A DNA stretch of 64,000 nt from Eledone cirrhosa (lineage: Eukaryota), in NCBI GenBank assembly GCA_964016885.1, contig OZ024750.1, positions 24,180,001 through 24,244,000 of the forward strand. The letters run 5' to 3'. The translations under genes and the position numbers were made by a program. This document shows positions 50,960 through 63,289 of this stretch, piece after piece. Within the stretch, counting starts at the first letter, position 1. Each line of letters starts with the position of its first letter. A model generated the notes under the pieces. That model searched no databases, was not told where the DNA came from, and was given only the letters and a program-made list of their open reading frames with translations.

Positions 50960-51603
50960 TAGCACCAACACTACTTTACAGAATGGACTGGGTACATTTT
51001 ATTATGGCACCAACACAACCACTTTACAGAGTGGGCTGGGTACATTTTATTATGGTACCAACACTACCACTTTACAGAGTGGGCTGGGTACATTTTATTA
51101 TGGTACCAACACTACCACTTTACAGAGTGGGCTGGGTACATTTTATTATGGTACCAACACTACCACTTTACAGAGTGGGCTGGGTACATTTTATTATGGC
51201 ACCAACACAACCACTTTACAGAATGGGCTGGGTACATTTTATTATGGTACCAACACTACCACTTTACAGAGTGGGCTGGGTACATTTTATTATGGTACCA
51301 ACACTACCACTTTACAGAGTGGGCTGGGTACATTTTATTATGGTACCAACACTACCACTTTACAGAGTGGGCTGGGTACATTTTATTATGGTACCAACAC
51401 TACCACTTTACAGAATGGACTGGGTACATTTTATTATGGCACCAACACAACCACTTTACAGAGTGGGCTGGGTACATTTTATTATGGTACCAACACAACC
51501 ACTTTACAGAGTGGGCTGGGTACATTTTATTATGGTACCAACACTACCACTTTACAGAATGGGCTGGGTACATTTTATTACGGCACCAACACTACCACTT
51601 TAC
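50960..51603. repeat. 48-bp minisatellite, ~13 copies, derived from SINE family 1
   Basis: Unit GTGGGCTGGGTACATTTTATTATGGTACCAACACTACCACTTTACAGA. Confidence 0.93.
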
Positions 51604-51950
51604 TCTGGGCTGAGAGCAGTAATAATAATAATAATTGTTTCTACTTTAGGCACAAGGCCAGCAAATACCCAGTACATTACTGGTACTTTATTTTATCGAC
51701 CCCGTAAGGATGAAAGGCAAAGTTAACCTCGGCGGGATTTGAACTCAGACTGTAAAGGGACGTAACTATGCTAGAAAGCATGGTGTCTGACGCTCTACCG
51801 ATTCTGCCAATCTACCACCCTTAATAATAATGTTTCTACATTTGGCACAAGGCCAGCAATTATCCCAGTGCATTACTGGTACTTTATTTTATCGACCCCA
51901 TATATTTGCAATGAATGATAAAGATTATATTTGTGTTAATTTTCTTTCAG

Positions 51951-52212
51951 ATTCAACAAGATTTAAAAAGGCGTAAGACGTTGGCAATGTTACTACGTAC
52001 AGACTCAAGAATTGACAAGTTCTTAAATATCACTATTCCTACTACAGAATTTTTCCTGCTTCAACTGAGCAATATAGATAACGCAGCTTGTAGTTGGCGT
52101 GCCATGCTTTCTGGTATTAGCCTTAATGTGTTTCAGGGATTTTCTGATGAACAGAAATTAGTTGAATATGTTTTCAATGAGGCCTACCATGATAATGTCA
52201 GTGTTTTTGCCA
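51951..52212 (+). CDS. ABCA2: Exon 13: IQQDLKRRK...IDNAACSW...AYHDNVSVFA
   Basis: tttcag|ATT ... GCCA|gtaagt; 262 nt. Confidence 0.95.
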
Positions 52213-52338
52213 GTAAGTTTGCTCAGTTTATCAATTTTCCAACAAGAATTTTAATCTTTTTTTTCTTTTTTGTAACTTTGTACAAAAAGTAAACTCTACT
52301 CCTCTCCAAAATTAATATAGCAGGAAAAATATCTTTAA

Positions 52339-52676
52339 CCTGTTGACTGCTGCATATATTTTACACAGCTACAGTTGTCGTGTTGGGTTTTTTTTTTTTT
52401 CAGTAAAATGACTTTTTTTAAAACAAATATTTATTAACAACACATATCTGAATGATTGACAAATGTCACATCAATAAACTAGTAAGGCCATCTAGCTTTG
52501 AAGTTAGGAAATGAGTTCATAACTTTGAAGTTATGAACTGTTGGAAATGAGTTCATAACTTTGAAGTTATGAACTGTTGGAAAAGAGTTCAAACATGTTG
52601 GGACAAGTTATCACGTCCGTGGCACTGGAATGAATACATGTTAGGACGAGTTATCTCGTCTGTGGCACCGAAGAGG
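52339..52676 (+). mobile_element. TTAA-flanked MITE family B (piggyBac-like); inverted sister copy at 58849-59162
   Basis: TTAA|CCTGTTGACTGC...GGCACCGAAGAGG|TTAA; internal GTTCATAAC/GTTATGAAC repeats. Confidence 0.75.
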
Positions 52677-53360
52677 TTAATAGAGAAGGAAAAATATATT
52701 TAAGAATTTTTCTTATAAAATTTACAAATAAATTTGACCGTGTAAATATAAGGAAAAAGAATGAAAAGTATTGTGATATAATTTTAATTTTAAAGTGCTA
52801 GCCATCTTTAAAAAAATTATTTTTAATGAGTGGGAAGTAATTGACTTAAAAATGCAATCATGAACATTCTCAAATATTAATTGAAATATGTTTGTGCCAT
52901 TTTGTACTCGGCTGTAAGCAGGAATAACATTTAGAGGAAATTTCTTTTTCGATTCTGCTACTATTCACTCTCGTCTATCTTTCTATTTCTTCTTTGATTT
53001 CTCATTCTATATCTTGATGTAGGTCTAGCGTCCAAAACTTTATTCCTACTATGTCAAGTGTAAAACTAATATATTTCTTCATTGTACTGTCGTTTGTTTT
53101 GTTATTTCTGTTTGCTTTTTACATAAATTATCAGGTATGTTAGTAATGTATTTATATTTATGAGTTCCATAGGAGAGATTCTAGCATGTATTTATTTGAT
53201 TTAAGATATTTTTAATGTTTCTGACAATTTACAGCAATTTAGTTTTTTAAAATAAAATTTGTGCTTCAATAGAAATAAATTATGTAACATATTTTAGGTT
53301 TAAAATAATTTTAACAATTATTTTCTGATACTATTAAAGAAATATAATACTTTTTTTAAG

Positions 53361-53536
53361 GTGTGTTATTTGAAAACATTCACCCAGATGGAAGCCTCCC
53401 TCCTCACATACGATATAAAATACGACAAAATGCTTCTTTTACTCCAACAACCAAACTAGTCCGAAGCCGCTATTGGTATCCAGGACCTGGCCCCACAAAG
53501 CAATCATATTACCAATTTGGATTTGTATGGATTCAA
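53361..53536 (+). CDS. ABCA2: Exon 14: (S)VLFENIHPDGSLPPHIRYKIRQN...GFVWIQ
   Basis: ttaag|GT ... CAA|gtaagt; 176 nt. Confidence 0.95.
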
Positions 53537-54419
53537 GTAAGTTTACTTATTTTATGACAAAGAAATTACCTAGGTATGCCATCATCATAAAATATTCGAG
53601 TGAGTGTTAACATACTAAATGTAGTAAGAAAAAAAAAAAAATCCATTAAAATTAGCTTTGCTGTGAAAGGGTTCAGAGAAACAAACTTAATGAATAATGT
53701 TTGTAAAATCTGTTCTAGATGAAGTGATGACAGCTCTGGAATTTTAAATGTTTAACCTTTTCCCATACCAAACTGCCAGAAACTGCCCTTATCTCTATGA
53801 TACAGATCTGTTTATTTTAAAATGTTTATATTTATCTCAAACTTTTCCATCCTAAGAATTTTTATATTCCAAACATTAGCTTAATAATGAGAAGTCTTTA
53901 TAAATTCTTGATTATTTGAAAATTATACGAAGTGTTTTTCTTTACAAATGCCATAAGAAAGTGAAAATATTAGCTTAACCCTTTAGCATTTTTACATTAC
54001 TCTATATTTACTATTATATTTTCGTTGTAAAGGCTTTACCTCACATAATATCAAATCTATGAGATTTTGATATCATTTACTTTGAAAACCATACCTTAAC
54101 ATCAGTATGAGCAGCCGGTTATGGCCAGTTTGAACAGGAGGTGAGAGAATTCTGGCCAGATATGGCTGGTTTAAATGCTAAAGGGTTAAGTGTTATATTA
54201 ATGAAAAATATATTGGAGTTGTCTTTACCTTGACCAGATTTAACATTAGTTATTGAGTCTGTGTTTTCCTCTTTTCATTGCATGGTCATATTAATTGTAA
54301 TGTTTTGATCACTTCATAATGTGAAGATTTAGAAATAAAATATATATCGAAAATTATCTTTTACATATAATCTGTATGTTCTTCCATTATAAAAATAACC
54401 ACTTTGATTTTCTTGCCAG

Positions 54420-54523
54420 GATATCATTGAAAGAGCCATCGTTGACACACAAGTTGGTCATGATGTTGTTGAACCAGGTGCCTACATTCATCAGTTCCCT
54501 TATCCTTGTTATGTTTATGATCA
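54420..54523 (+). CDS. ABCA2: Exon 15: [34 protein letters not shown]
   Basis: gccag|GAT ... CA|gtaagt; 104 nt; FPYPCY motif. Confidence 0.95.
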
Positions 54524-55942
54524 GTAAGTTAACATTCTTAACATTTCTTTGTTTCTGTTAACAACTCAAAGATTTGTTTTACATGATTTCATATTCATTT
54601 TTTTAAATGTATGTTTTCTTATGATTTAATAACTTAAGTAGATAGAATCAGGTAACTTAGTTGTTCCTTTTAGTTAAGTATTAGATCTGGGAAACTGAAA
54701 AAATGTAGATTTAACAAAGAATCTTTTCTCTTATTTGTAATGATCTATTATCTCTGCAAACTAAAATGGCAACCAAATCATTCTATAAACATTAGTAATT
54801 TAGGATGCAATCTTTTTCAATTTTGATATCTCTGTTTCTTTGAAAATATTGACACTTAATTTGATAGTATTTTAAACTATTATTATTCAAGAGTGTACAA
54901 TTTAAAACAAACATTTATGCTTCAATTGTTGAAGGCAGCAGGGAAAATAGCTGTATTTGTAAAATGCAATAGGTTGTCTTTGAAAACTAAATAAATTCCT
55001 TACATTGTACATTGATTTATTTGGACTAGTGTCCTCATCATGATTGTTATAGTTACAATCTTTTGGCCATTTTACCTTTATTCTTCAGGATCCTGTTGTT
55101 TTCAATTACAACTGAATTACAACAAAATTCCAACTGAACCATTTATTTAACCCCTTAGCATTTACATTACTTCATATTTACTATTATATTTTCATAGTAA
55201 AGGCTTTATCTCACATAATTATCTCACATATGAAATCTATGGGTTTTTGATATTATCTATTTTGAGAAGCTTAACAGCAGTATGAGTAGCCAGTTACAGC
55301 TGGTTTAAACAGAAAGAGGTGAGAAAATTCTGGCCGGATATGGCTGGCTTAAATGCTTAAGGGTTAAACTACTGGGATAGATTGCTTTTATCTCTTTGTT
55401 CATACCTGGGATATTCTCATGTCAGTTTTTCTCATACCTGTGATGCTGCTTACTCATTCTACTTAAACCAGAATATTCAAATAGCATCCTAAGTATGTTT
55501 TCCACCTGATTATTTTAAATATACCTGAAACATCTTAAGAAAATTTAAATACTTATATCCTCTGAAACTTAATGCTAAAAATCACTTCAAACTAAAACAG
55601 AAATATTTTCTCTGCTTGAAGTTTAATTTTAAATATTCTTTGCTTTAACTCTTTAGTATTTATATTACTCCATATATACTATTGTATTGTTGTGGTAAAT
55701 AATTATCTCACATAATATTGAATTTATGAGATTTGATATTATTTATTTTGAGAACAATACCTTAACATAAATATGAGTGGCCAGTTACAGCCAATTACAG
55801 CCAGTTTGAACAGAAAGAAGTGAAAGAATTCTGGCCGGATATGGCCGGTTTAAATGCTAAAGGGTTAATGTTATCTCTTTGACATCATATTTTGTGTCTG
55901 TTTTGACATGTGTTTGAGAAAACAAATAACTTCTATTTTCAG

Positions 55943-56057
55943 ATTTGTTTTTATGATAGAACATGTCATGCCATTATGTCTGACTATCTCATGGGTCTAC
56001 ACTGTTGCTATGCTGGTTCAAAGCATTGTTTATGAAAAAGAACAAAGACTAAAAGAA
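55943..56057 (+). CDS. ABCA2: Exon 16: (Q)[19 protein letters not shown]...EKEQRLKE
   Basis: ttcag|A ... GAA|gtgagt; 115 nt; TM2 and EKExRLKE motif. Confidence 0.95.
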
Positions 56058-56072
56058 GTGAGTTTTAATAAA

Positions 56073-56301
56073 TGTTTCTACATTAAGCACAAGGCCAGCA
56101 ATTTAGGGAAAGGGAAAAATCGATTAAATCAACCTCAGTACATTACTGGTGCTTTATTTTATCGACCCCCCCCCCCCCCACGTAACGATGAAAGGCAAAG
56201 TTAACTTCGGCAGGATTTGAACTCAGAACGCAAAGGGCCGTAACTCTCTGTCGCGAAGCAGGATGTTCAACGCTTTACCGATACTGCCAATCCACTGCCT
56301 T
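56073..56301 (-). mobile_element. SINE family 2 copy with a 15-bp TSD that includes the exon 16 splice donor
   Basis: GTGAGTTTTAATAAA at 56058-56072 and 56302-56316. Confidence 0.9.
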
Positions 56302-57098
56302 GTGAGTTTTAATAAAGATTTCTGATATTGGCTCATATCCACAAATTCCTAAAGAGCTATAGTTGTTTGAATTGGCCCTAGTATATTACTGGTAATTATT
56401 TAAATTAAGCCACAAGATATGAAAAATGAAAACTAACACTGTACAGGACAATAATCTGGAATATAAAAAGATAAGATTAAATACTGTGAAGTATTTACCT
56501 CAATATGCGACTGTTTCTGATAACTTGTTATTCTAATAATTTAGACTGACCCTACCCATGGACACATTAAGTGGTTTCATCCAATAGCCTTTCTTTTCAC
56601 CTCTTCCTCTGTAATAACTGTTTGCCCATGTATTGGGATAAGTATAAAAGGAGAGTTAAGGCACAATTCAGCGAGAAGAGACATATTCTATCTCCTAGTT
56701 CCATGTCGGTTGGAATCGTATTTTGCAAGCCTTTCTTTGTCAATATTTCCCTCATGTTAAATATATTTTTTCAGACACTAAGATTTACATTGGCTGTATC
56801 GGTAGAGCATCAGACAGCACGCTTTGCAGCATATAGTAACGTCCCTTTATGTTCTGAGTTCAAATCTCGCTGAAGTTAGCTTTACCTTTCATTTTTACAG
56901 GGTCGATAAGGTGCTACCAGTAACACACTGGGGTCAATTTAATCAACTTTGCCCTTTCCCAAAATTGTTAGCCTTGTGTCTAAATCAGAATATAAAGAAT
57001 TATGTTTTATGAAGGTATTTATAATTTGGTTACACACACACACCTTTCATCGATCATCATCGATTAACGTCTATCTTCCATGTTAGCATGGGTTAGAA

Positions 57099-57520
57099 CA
57101 GGGGGCATGGAACATATTCCATTGGTGGGCCACTTTTGAACATTGGAACAACTATTAGGGCCATTAATATTTATTAAGCACTATTCCAAAGATTCACCAC
57201 AACTTCTTTCCATAACATGGAACTGGAAAATTATAACACACATAGCCCTATCAGTGAAGCCCTTTAGTATAGGTCAACTGGGGAAATTATAACGCACATA
57301 ACCCTATCAGTGAAGCCCTTTAGTATAGGTCAACTGGGGAAATTATAACACATATAACCCTATCAGTGAAGCCCTTTAGTATAGGTCAACTAACAGAAGA
57401 TTGTATTACGAAAAAATTTTAAATAAGCCTGCAAAGTAAAAATTAAAAAGTCATCGCGGGCCACTCTGACTGGTTTGGCGGGCCGCATTGTGGCCCACGG
57501 GCCGCCTGTGCACACCCTTG
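57099..57520. mobile_element. hAT MITE with internal 56-bp tandem repeat x3
   Basis: CAGGGGGC...CACCCTTG; perfect 8-bp TSD GGTTAGAA. Confidence 0.85.
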
Positions 57521-58530
57521 GGTTAGAATAACACTTTTCGTTTTTATTTCTCATTGTTTGCTTCGGAGGAAGAAGATAAAAGAGAAGGAAAGAAAAGACC
57601 CGCAGCTGGTGCGGTCGTTGTTGGTCGGCGTTCTCTCTGCGAGTTGCCAAACACCTTTATATCACATATAAACATGTTTACATCCCTTTAACTTGCATTC
57701 TCTGTAACTAATATTCAATGGAACATGGTGGTTAATATTTCTCTATGCAGTTATATCATGTTAATCTTGTGTAGAGCAACTTTTAAAAAATGGGTTTTTA
57801 CTTCATCTAGTTATGTTTTGGTTCATTTGAATATTTCTGGATGCATCATCTATAAATTAAATGGAACATTCTTACCTAAGCTGTAGTTTGGTTTATCAAA
57901 CAGTTTGGTTTTATTTTAATAAATAGGTTTTTAGAAAAGTTAATGTTTGGCTTGATATATTTTTTAATGACAATAACATATTTTTAAAAATGGGAATGCT
58001 TTTGCGGTCTTGTCCATGTGGTGCAGCCCCTTTACTGCTGCGCTCTAGGCCCAGGGCCCAATCATCCTCCCTCTCCCACCTCCCCATTCTTCTGTGACAC
58101 TAGAGTCCTTGCCACTCCCTCCATTTTCCGGGGTTTTCTTTTTCTCTTTTTTTCTTTATATTTTCCTATTTTACATTCCATTCTTCCTTCTCAATCTAAA
58201 TTTTCTTTTTCCCTTTGTCATAGCAACCCTTTATCATTTACATTACTCTATATTTACTATTGTATTTTCACGGTAAAGGCTTTACCTCACGTAATTATCT
58301 CACATATTGAATCTATGAGATTTTTGATATTATATATTTTGAGAACAATACCTTAACATCAGTATGAATGGCCGGTTATAGCTGGTTTGAACAGAAAGAG
58401 GTGAGAGAATTCTGGCTGAATATGGCTGGTTTTAATGCTAAAGGGTTAAACTGTATTTCCATGATATATTCCATAAATAAATTATAGTTTATTTCTAGTT
58501 ATGAATACATGTCATTTATGTTGTGAACAG

Positions 58531-58721
58531 GTTATGAAGATGATGGGTTTGAATAATGCTGTTCATTGGTGTGCATGGTTCACTACTACATTTATTCAAA
58601 TGACCATCACAATGGCTATTCTAACAGCAATGCTAAAATATGGAAAAGTTCTTACACACAGTGACCCATGGGTTATATTTACTGTCCTTGAAGTGTTTGC
58701 TCTTGCCACAATTTGCTTTTC
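58531..58721 (+). CDS. ABCA2: Exon 17: VMKMMGLNNAVHWCAWF...ATICF
   Basis: aacag|GTT ... TC|gtaagt; 191 nt. Confidence 0.95.
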
Positions 58722-59837
58722 GTAAGTACTTCATTGTTCTTTTCTCTTGTTTCCTCTCTATTTTTTTAACTCTTACGTTACCAATCCATCCAAGACCATC
58801 TCTGGTTCTATGAAACAATATCACCAATTTTAAAAGGTTTCTATTTAACCTCCCTAACTTGTATTCATTCCAGTGCCACAGACAAGATAACTCATCCTAA
58901 CATGTTTGAACTCTTTTCCAACAGTTCATAACTTCAAAGTTATGAACTTGTTTCCAACAGTTCATAACTTCAAACTTATGAACTCGTTTCCAACAGTTCA
59001 TAACTTTAAAGCTAGATGGGTTACTAGTTTATTGATGTGATGTTTGTCAATCATTTAGATGTGTGTTGTTAATAAATGTTTTTTTTTTAAATAGTCATTT
59101 TACTGAAAAAAAAACGGACACAGTAACTGTAGCTGTGTAAAATATACACGGCAGTCAACAGGTTAAAACAAAAGCTTTGTGGAGCTATGAGTTATGCACT
59201 ATAAGCAACAAGGGACTGTAAGGTTACACGAATGAAAGATGCAAAGGTGAGATTTTGATGTGGGAGGATGTGTGTGTCTGGGATATGTGTGGAACCCTAA
59301 TTTCTGGCCGGAATTTGGATGAGTATGAGTCTTGAGTTATACTACTGGACAAGAGAGATGACCAGGGAGAACCAGCATGGTAAACAATTTTGTATTTTCC
59401 ACTACACTCTTTCAACATAATTTGATATATGAACTTTTTGTTAAGTTACAAATAACATCATCATCACCGTCATCATTTAATGTTCATTTTCCATGCTTGT
59501 ATGGGTACTTAATAAGTTTAGTAAATCCCACCCCCTCTTCAAATTCTTAATTAATTCAAATGCAGTGTATTTCATTAGAAATATAGGAACAAAAGTGTTA
59601 ATTGGAAACTTTTAAGATATGATTAGAATATGTAAGAATATGCAAAATAATTCAAAATACACTAGCCTTAAAAAGTTTTAAATTCTAAATTAAAGTATAT
59701 AATTTTGTGTGGTTATTTCTCATTATCAAAGAAGAAAAAGAAAGATTCCAAGAAAATTTGTTTTCCTTTGTATTTAAAATAATAATGTGGCTATGACATT
59801 TTGATAATATACATACACACATAATACCCCCCACAAA

Positions 59838-59929
59838 TACACACCATACACACCATACACACCATACACACCATACACACCACACACACCACACACACCA
59901 CACACACCACACACACCACACACACCACA

Positions 59930-59990
<61 letters not shown>
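59838..59990. repeat. (CACCATACA/CACCACACA)n grading into (CA)n at the tail of a SINE
   Basis: Direct inspection. Confidence 0.9.
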
Positions 59991-59992
<2 letters not shown>

Positions 59993-60551
59993 CCCTAGAA
60001 CTACTGATAGTTGTAGGGGCACTGTATTGATATACAGTGTTTCTTGGTCATTTTAAGCCTGGCGGAGCCTCATCCTTCTCCAGGCCTGAGTACAGCAGAT
60101 TTCTTCCAGAGAGAGAGGCAGAATCTACCCTAGTACTAGTCTGGTACTTTTTTTTATCGACCTCGAAAAGATGAAAGGCAAAGTTGACCTCGGTGGGATT
60201 TGAACTCAGAGAATATCAGAGAGCTGGAATGAATAACATAAAGCATTCTATCCAGTGTTCTAACGACTCTGCCAATTCGCCAGTATCGGTAGAAAGTCGG
60301 ACGCCATGCTTTCCAGCATAGTTACGTCCCTTTACGATCTGAGTTCAAATCCCGCCGAGGTTGACTTTGCCTTTCATCCTTACGGGGTCGATAAAATAAA
60401 GTACCAGTAATGCACTGGGTAATTGCTGGCCTTGTGCCTAAAGTAGAAACAATTATATGTTATATAGCATTTTATATTATTTATCTTATTTGTTTTTCAC
60501 AAAGTGATTGGGATTTTCTGAATTAAATATTGTTTACATGACTAATTTCAG

Positions 60552-60702
60552 TTTTCTGGTGAGTGTTCTATACTCAAAAGCCAAACTCGCAGCAGCCTGT
60601 GCAGGTATTGTTTACTTCCTCACCTATGTACCATACATGTATATTGCTATCAAAGAAGAAGCTGCAGGAGATAAAGTACTTGCAATAACCAAATCTATTG
60701 CT
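60552..60702 (+). CDS. ABCA2: Exon 18: (S)[28 protein letters not shown]...KSIA
   Basis: ttcag|T ... GCT|gtaaat; 151 nt. Confidence 0.95.
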
Positions 60703-61084
60703 GTAAATATTCTTTATTATTATTATTTCCATTATTATTTTATCTTATAAAACATTTGCTTTTTAGTTTAAGAGCTGAAGTGATCAAACAATAATTTTTG
60801 TGGTTTTATACAGTAGCTGAAGAGTTAAAAGAATAGATTGGGGTTATAAAAGTCCAAACTATAAAATCAAGCCTCTTATTAGTTGCTGCAATCAACCAAT
60901 TTGAAAGGGAATAAGAAAAAATGTAGGAATTGACAAATTATACCAATAGTAATAAAAAAAAAATAATTACTATCTTAACTATAAACTGTTGTGAAGAAAG
61001 ACAAAGGAGACAAGGCATCAAGTAAAACTAATTAAATTAATATACAATAGGGAATGAGTATGATCTCTGACAATATGGTGACAA

Positions 61085-61125
61085 TTGCAGACATGTTTCA
61101 GTCATATTAATGTTCATCAGCAGAA
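61085..61125 (-). ncRNA. Degenerate minimal hammerhead core
   Basis: CUGAUGA-ACAUUAAUAUGACU-GAA-ACAUGU-C; palindromic stem III, poor stem I. Confidence 0.4.
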
Positions 61126-61406
61126 CATAACATAATCATTACTGCCAGATCTTAAAATGACTAGAGAAGAATATATAATTTTATGAACACTGACTGATAT
61201 CATATATCTTACAAAATTACTTCAGGTAAAAAGAAAACAACAACCTAGGGACGCCTTCTGCCTGAAATAATTAGTATTAAGTGTAATTAATCAAGAAGTT
61301 TTAATTATGAAAACAAAGATCACCTTCACAGAAAGTTATCATTAGATTTAAAATATAGATGTGTGATGTAATTTTTTCTTCTTCCTTTCCAATACTGGTT
61401 AAATTA

Positions 61407-61793
61407 CAGTATTTCCCAGCACCGAAGTTGCTTCGTCCTTGAGGACGTACCCTAATTTTGACAACCCAAAATTTGAAAAAAAAAATGATTTCTAGTATAG
61501 GCACAAGGCCAGTAATTTGGGGGAGGGGAAAGTCGATTAAATCGACCCCAGTATGTTACTGGCGCTTTATATTATCGACTCCATAAGGATGAAAGGCAAA
61601 GTTAACCTCGGCGGGATTTGAACTCAGACCGTAAAGGACTGTAACTCTATGCTGCAAAGCATGGTGTCTGACTCTCTACTGATACTGCCAATCTAATTTA
61701 AAAAAAAAAAATAACCTTCGGCCTCCAGGATGCATGGTAGATTTTTTAGACTTATTTTAGGAAAAAAGTAGTCTTTGAAGCTGGGAAATATGG
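61407..61793 (+). mobile_element. Tc2-like MITE interrupted by an antisense SINE family 2 copy (~61487-61693)
   Basis: Both halves match 34077-34239; the SINE sits in the A-tract, with AATTT(G/A)AAAAAAAAAA on both sides. Confidence 0.85.
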
Positions 61794-61857
61794 TATGCTT
61801 CATATTTGCACTTTTTTTCTTTTTTTTTTTTCATAATTTTAACTTTTTTATTTTCAG

Positions 61858-62062
61858 TCCTTATTCTCAACGACAGCATTTGGACTTGGTGCCAAATATT
61901 TTGCTTTCTACGAAGAAGAAGGGGTTGGTGTCCATTGGGATAACATATCCATCTCACCTGTTGAGAATGATGACTACAATTTGGCACTTGTTACTATGAT
62001 GATGCTTGTAGATTCATTATTGTATGGATTGTTGGTATGGTATATTGAGAATGTCCACCCAG
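61858..62062 (+). CDS. ABCA2: Exon 19: SLFSTTAFGLGAKYFAFYEEEGVGVHW...WYIENVHP
   Basis: ttcag|TCC ... CCAG|gtgtgt; 205 nt. Confidence 0.95.
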
Positions 62063-62463
62063 GTGTGTAATTTACCTGACTATCTTTTATTTTTGAGAGT
62101 ATAATTGTAAAACATTCTATTGTGAAAGTTCTAATAGTTTTTTTTTAATGTTTTCAGTTAGGCAAATTGATAATATTTTTACCTATTTTAACTCTTAACC
62201 TGCCATACCACACGAAACTGCATTAGCAAGTCATTGTTAAAAAGTATAAAATAGCACTATGACTCCACATTAAACATTAAACATTTAAATATTAACTCTA
62301 ATACTGCAGGTGCTGTAAATATTTGAATAAACAAACGTTAAAAGAATTAACTATATAATTTTACTGTATCATCTTTTAATTTTAATATTTCAGTACTTTT
62401 AACTTCATTGAACATTTTGATTTGCAATGGAGTCGCTTTATATTTATTCCATTTATTTAAAAG

Positions 62464-62643
62464 GTTCTTTTGGTTTACCAAAACCATGGTGTTTCCCATT
62501 CACTCGGTCCTACTGGTGTGGCACAACTGGAAAGCCAGACTCTAATCAATGTAATTGGTTTGCCAATATATTTAAACGGAGTCATATCAGTCTGTCTGTA
62601 ACAGAAGAGGACCAAGCATGTGCAATGGAGCAAAGACAATCTG
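62464..62643 (+). CDS. ABCA2: Exon 20: (G)SFGLPKPWCFPFTRSYW...EEDQACAMEQRQS
   Basis: aaag|GT ... CTG|gtaagc; 180 nt. Confidence 0.94.
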
Positions 62644-63289
62644 GTAAGCTGCATATACTTTTAAGAAGTCAACTAATAAAATATTCCATATAATATTGAA
62701 TTATTGCATTATATTTTTGGTATTGATTGTCAGAATCATGTGTTCGATCAATTGCTTTGAGGTATCTAGTTATGATCTTTTATGTTCTGAGTTTAAATCT
62801 CACTGAGCTCAACATTGCTATTCATTCTGAGATCAATAAAATAATGTATCCCCAAGGTACTACAATTAACTTTTCCAACCGACCAACATTTTCTGGCTTT
62901 GTACTTATATTAGACAGAGGATTGGCAGTATTGGTAGAGCTTCGGACACCATGCTTTGTGGCATCGAGTAATGGCCTTTTACGTTTTAATTTCAAATCTC
63001 ATTGAGGTTAGCTTTGCTTTTCATCCTTACAGGGTTGATAAAATAAAATATCAGTAACATGCTGGGGTTGATTTAATCAGCTTTCTTCTCCAAAATTGTT
63101 GGCCTTGTGCTTCAATGAGGAACCATTATTATATAGTTTTTTATAAAGTACCAGTAATGCACTGGGTAATTTCTGGCCTTGTGCCTAAAGTAGAAACAAT
63201 TATTATATAGTTTTTTTTTTTTTTTTTTAACGAACAGTTTAAAATAAATTATTTTTCTAATGTGAGTTGGTATTGCTTTGCTTTTACAG

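Noticed and set aside
50947-51726. 259-aa repeat protein ORF
   Set aside because: Stop-free 48-bp SINE-derived minisatellite running into another SINE; no splice or homology support
54376-54561. ORF-track translations overlapping exons 15 and 19 (also 61775..61999)
   Set aside because: Wrong frame; the ABCA2-matching frame differs and is set by the splice phases
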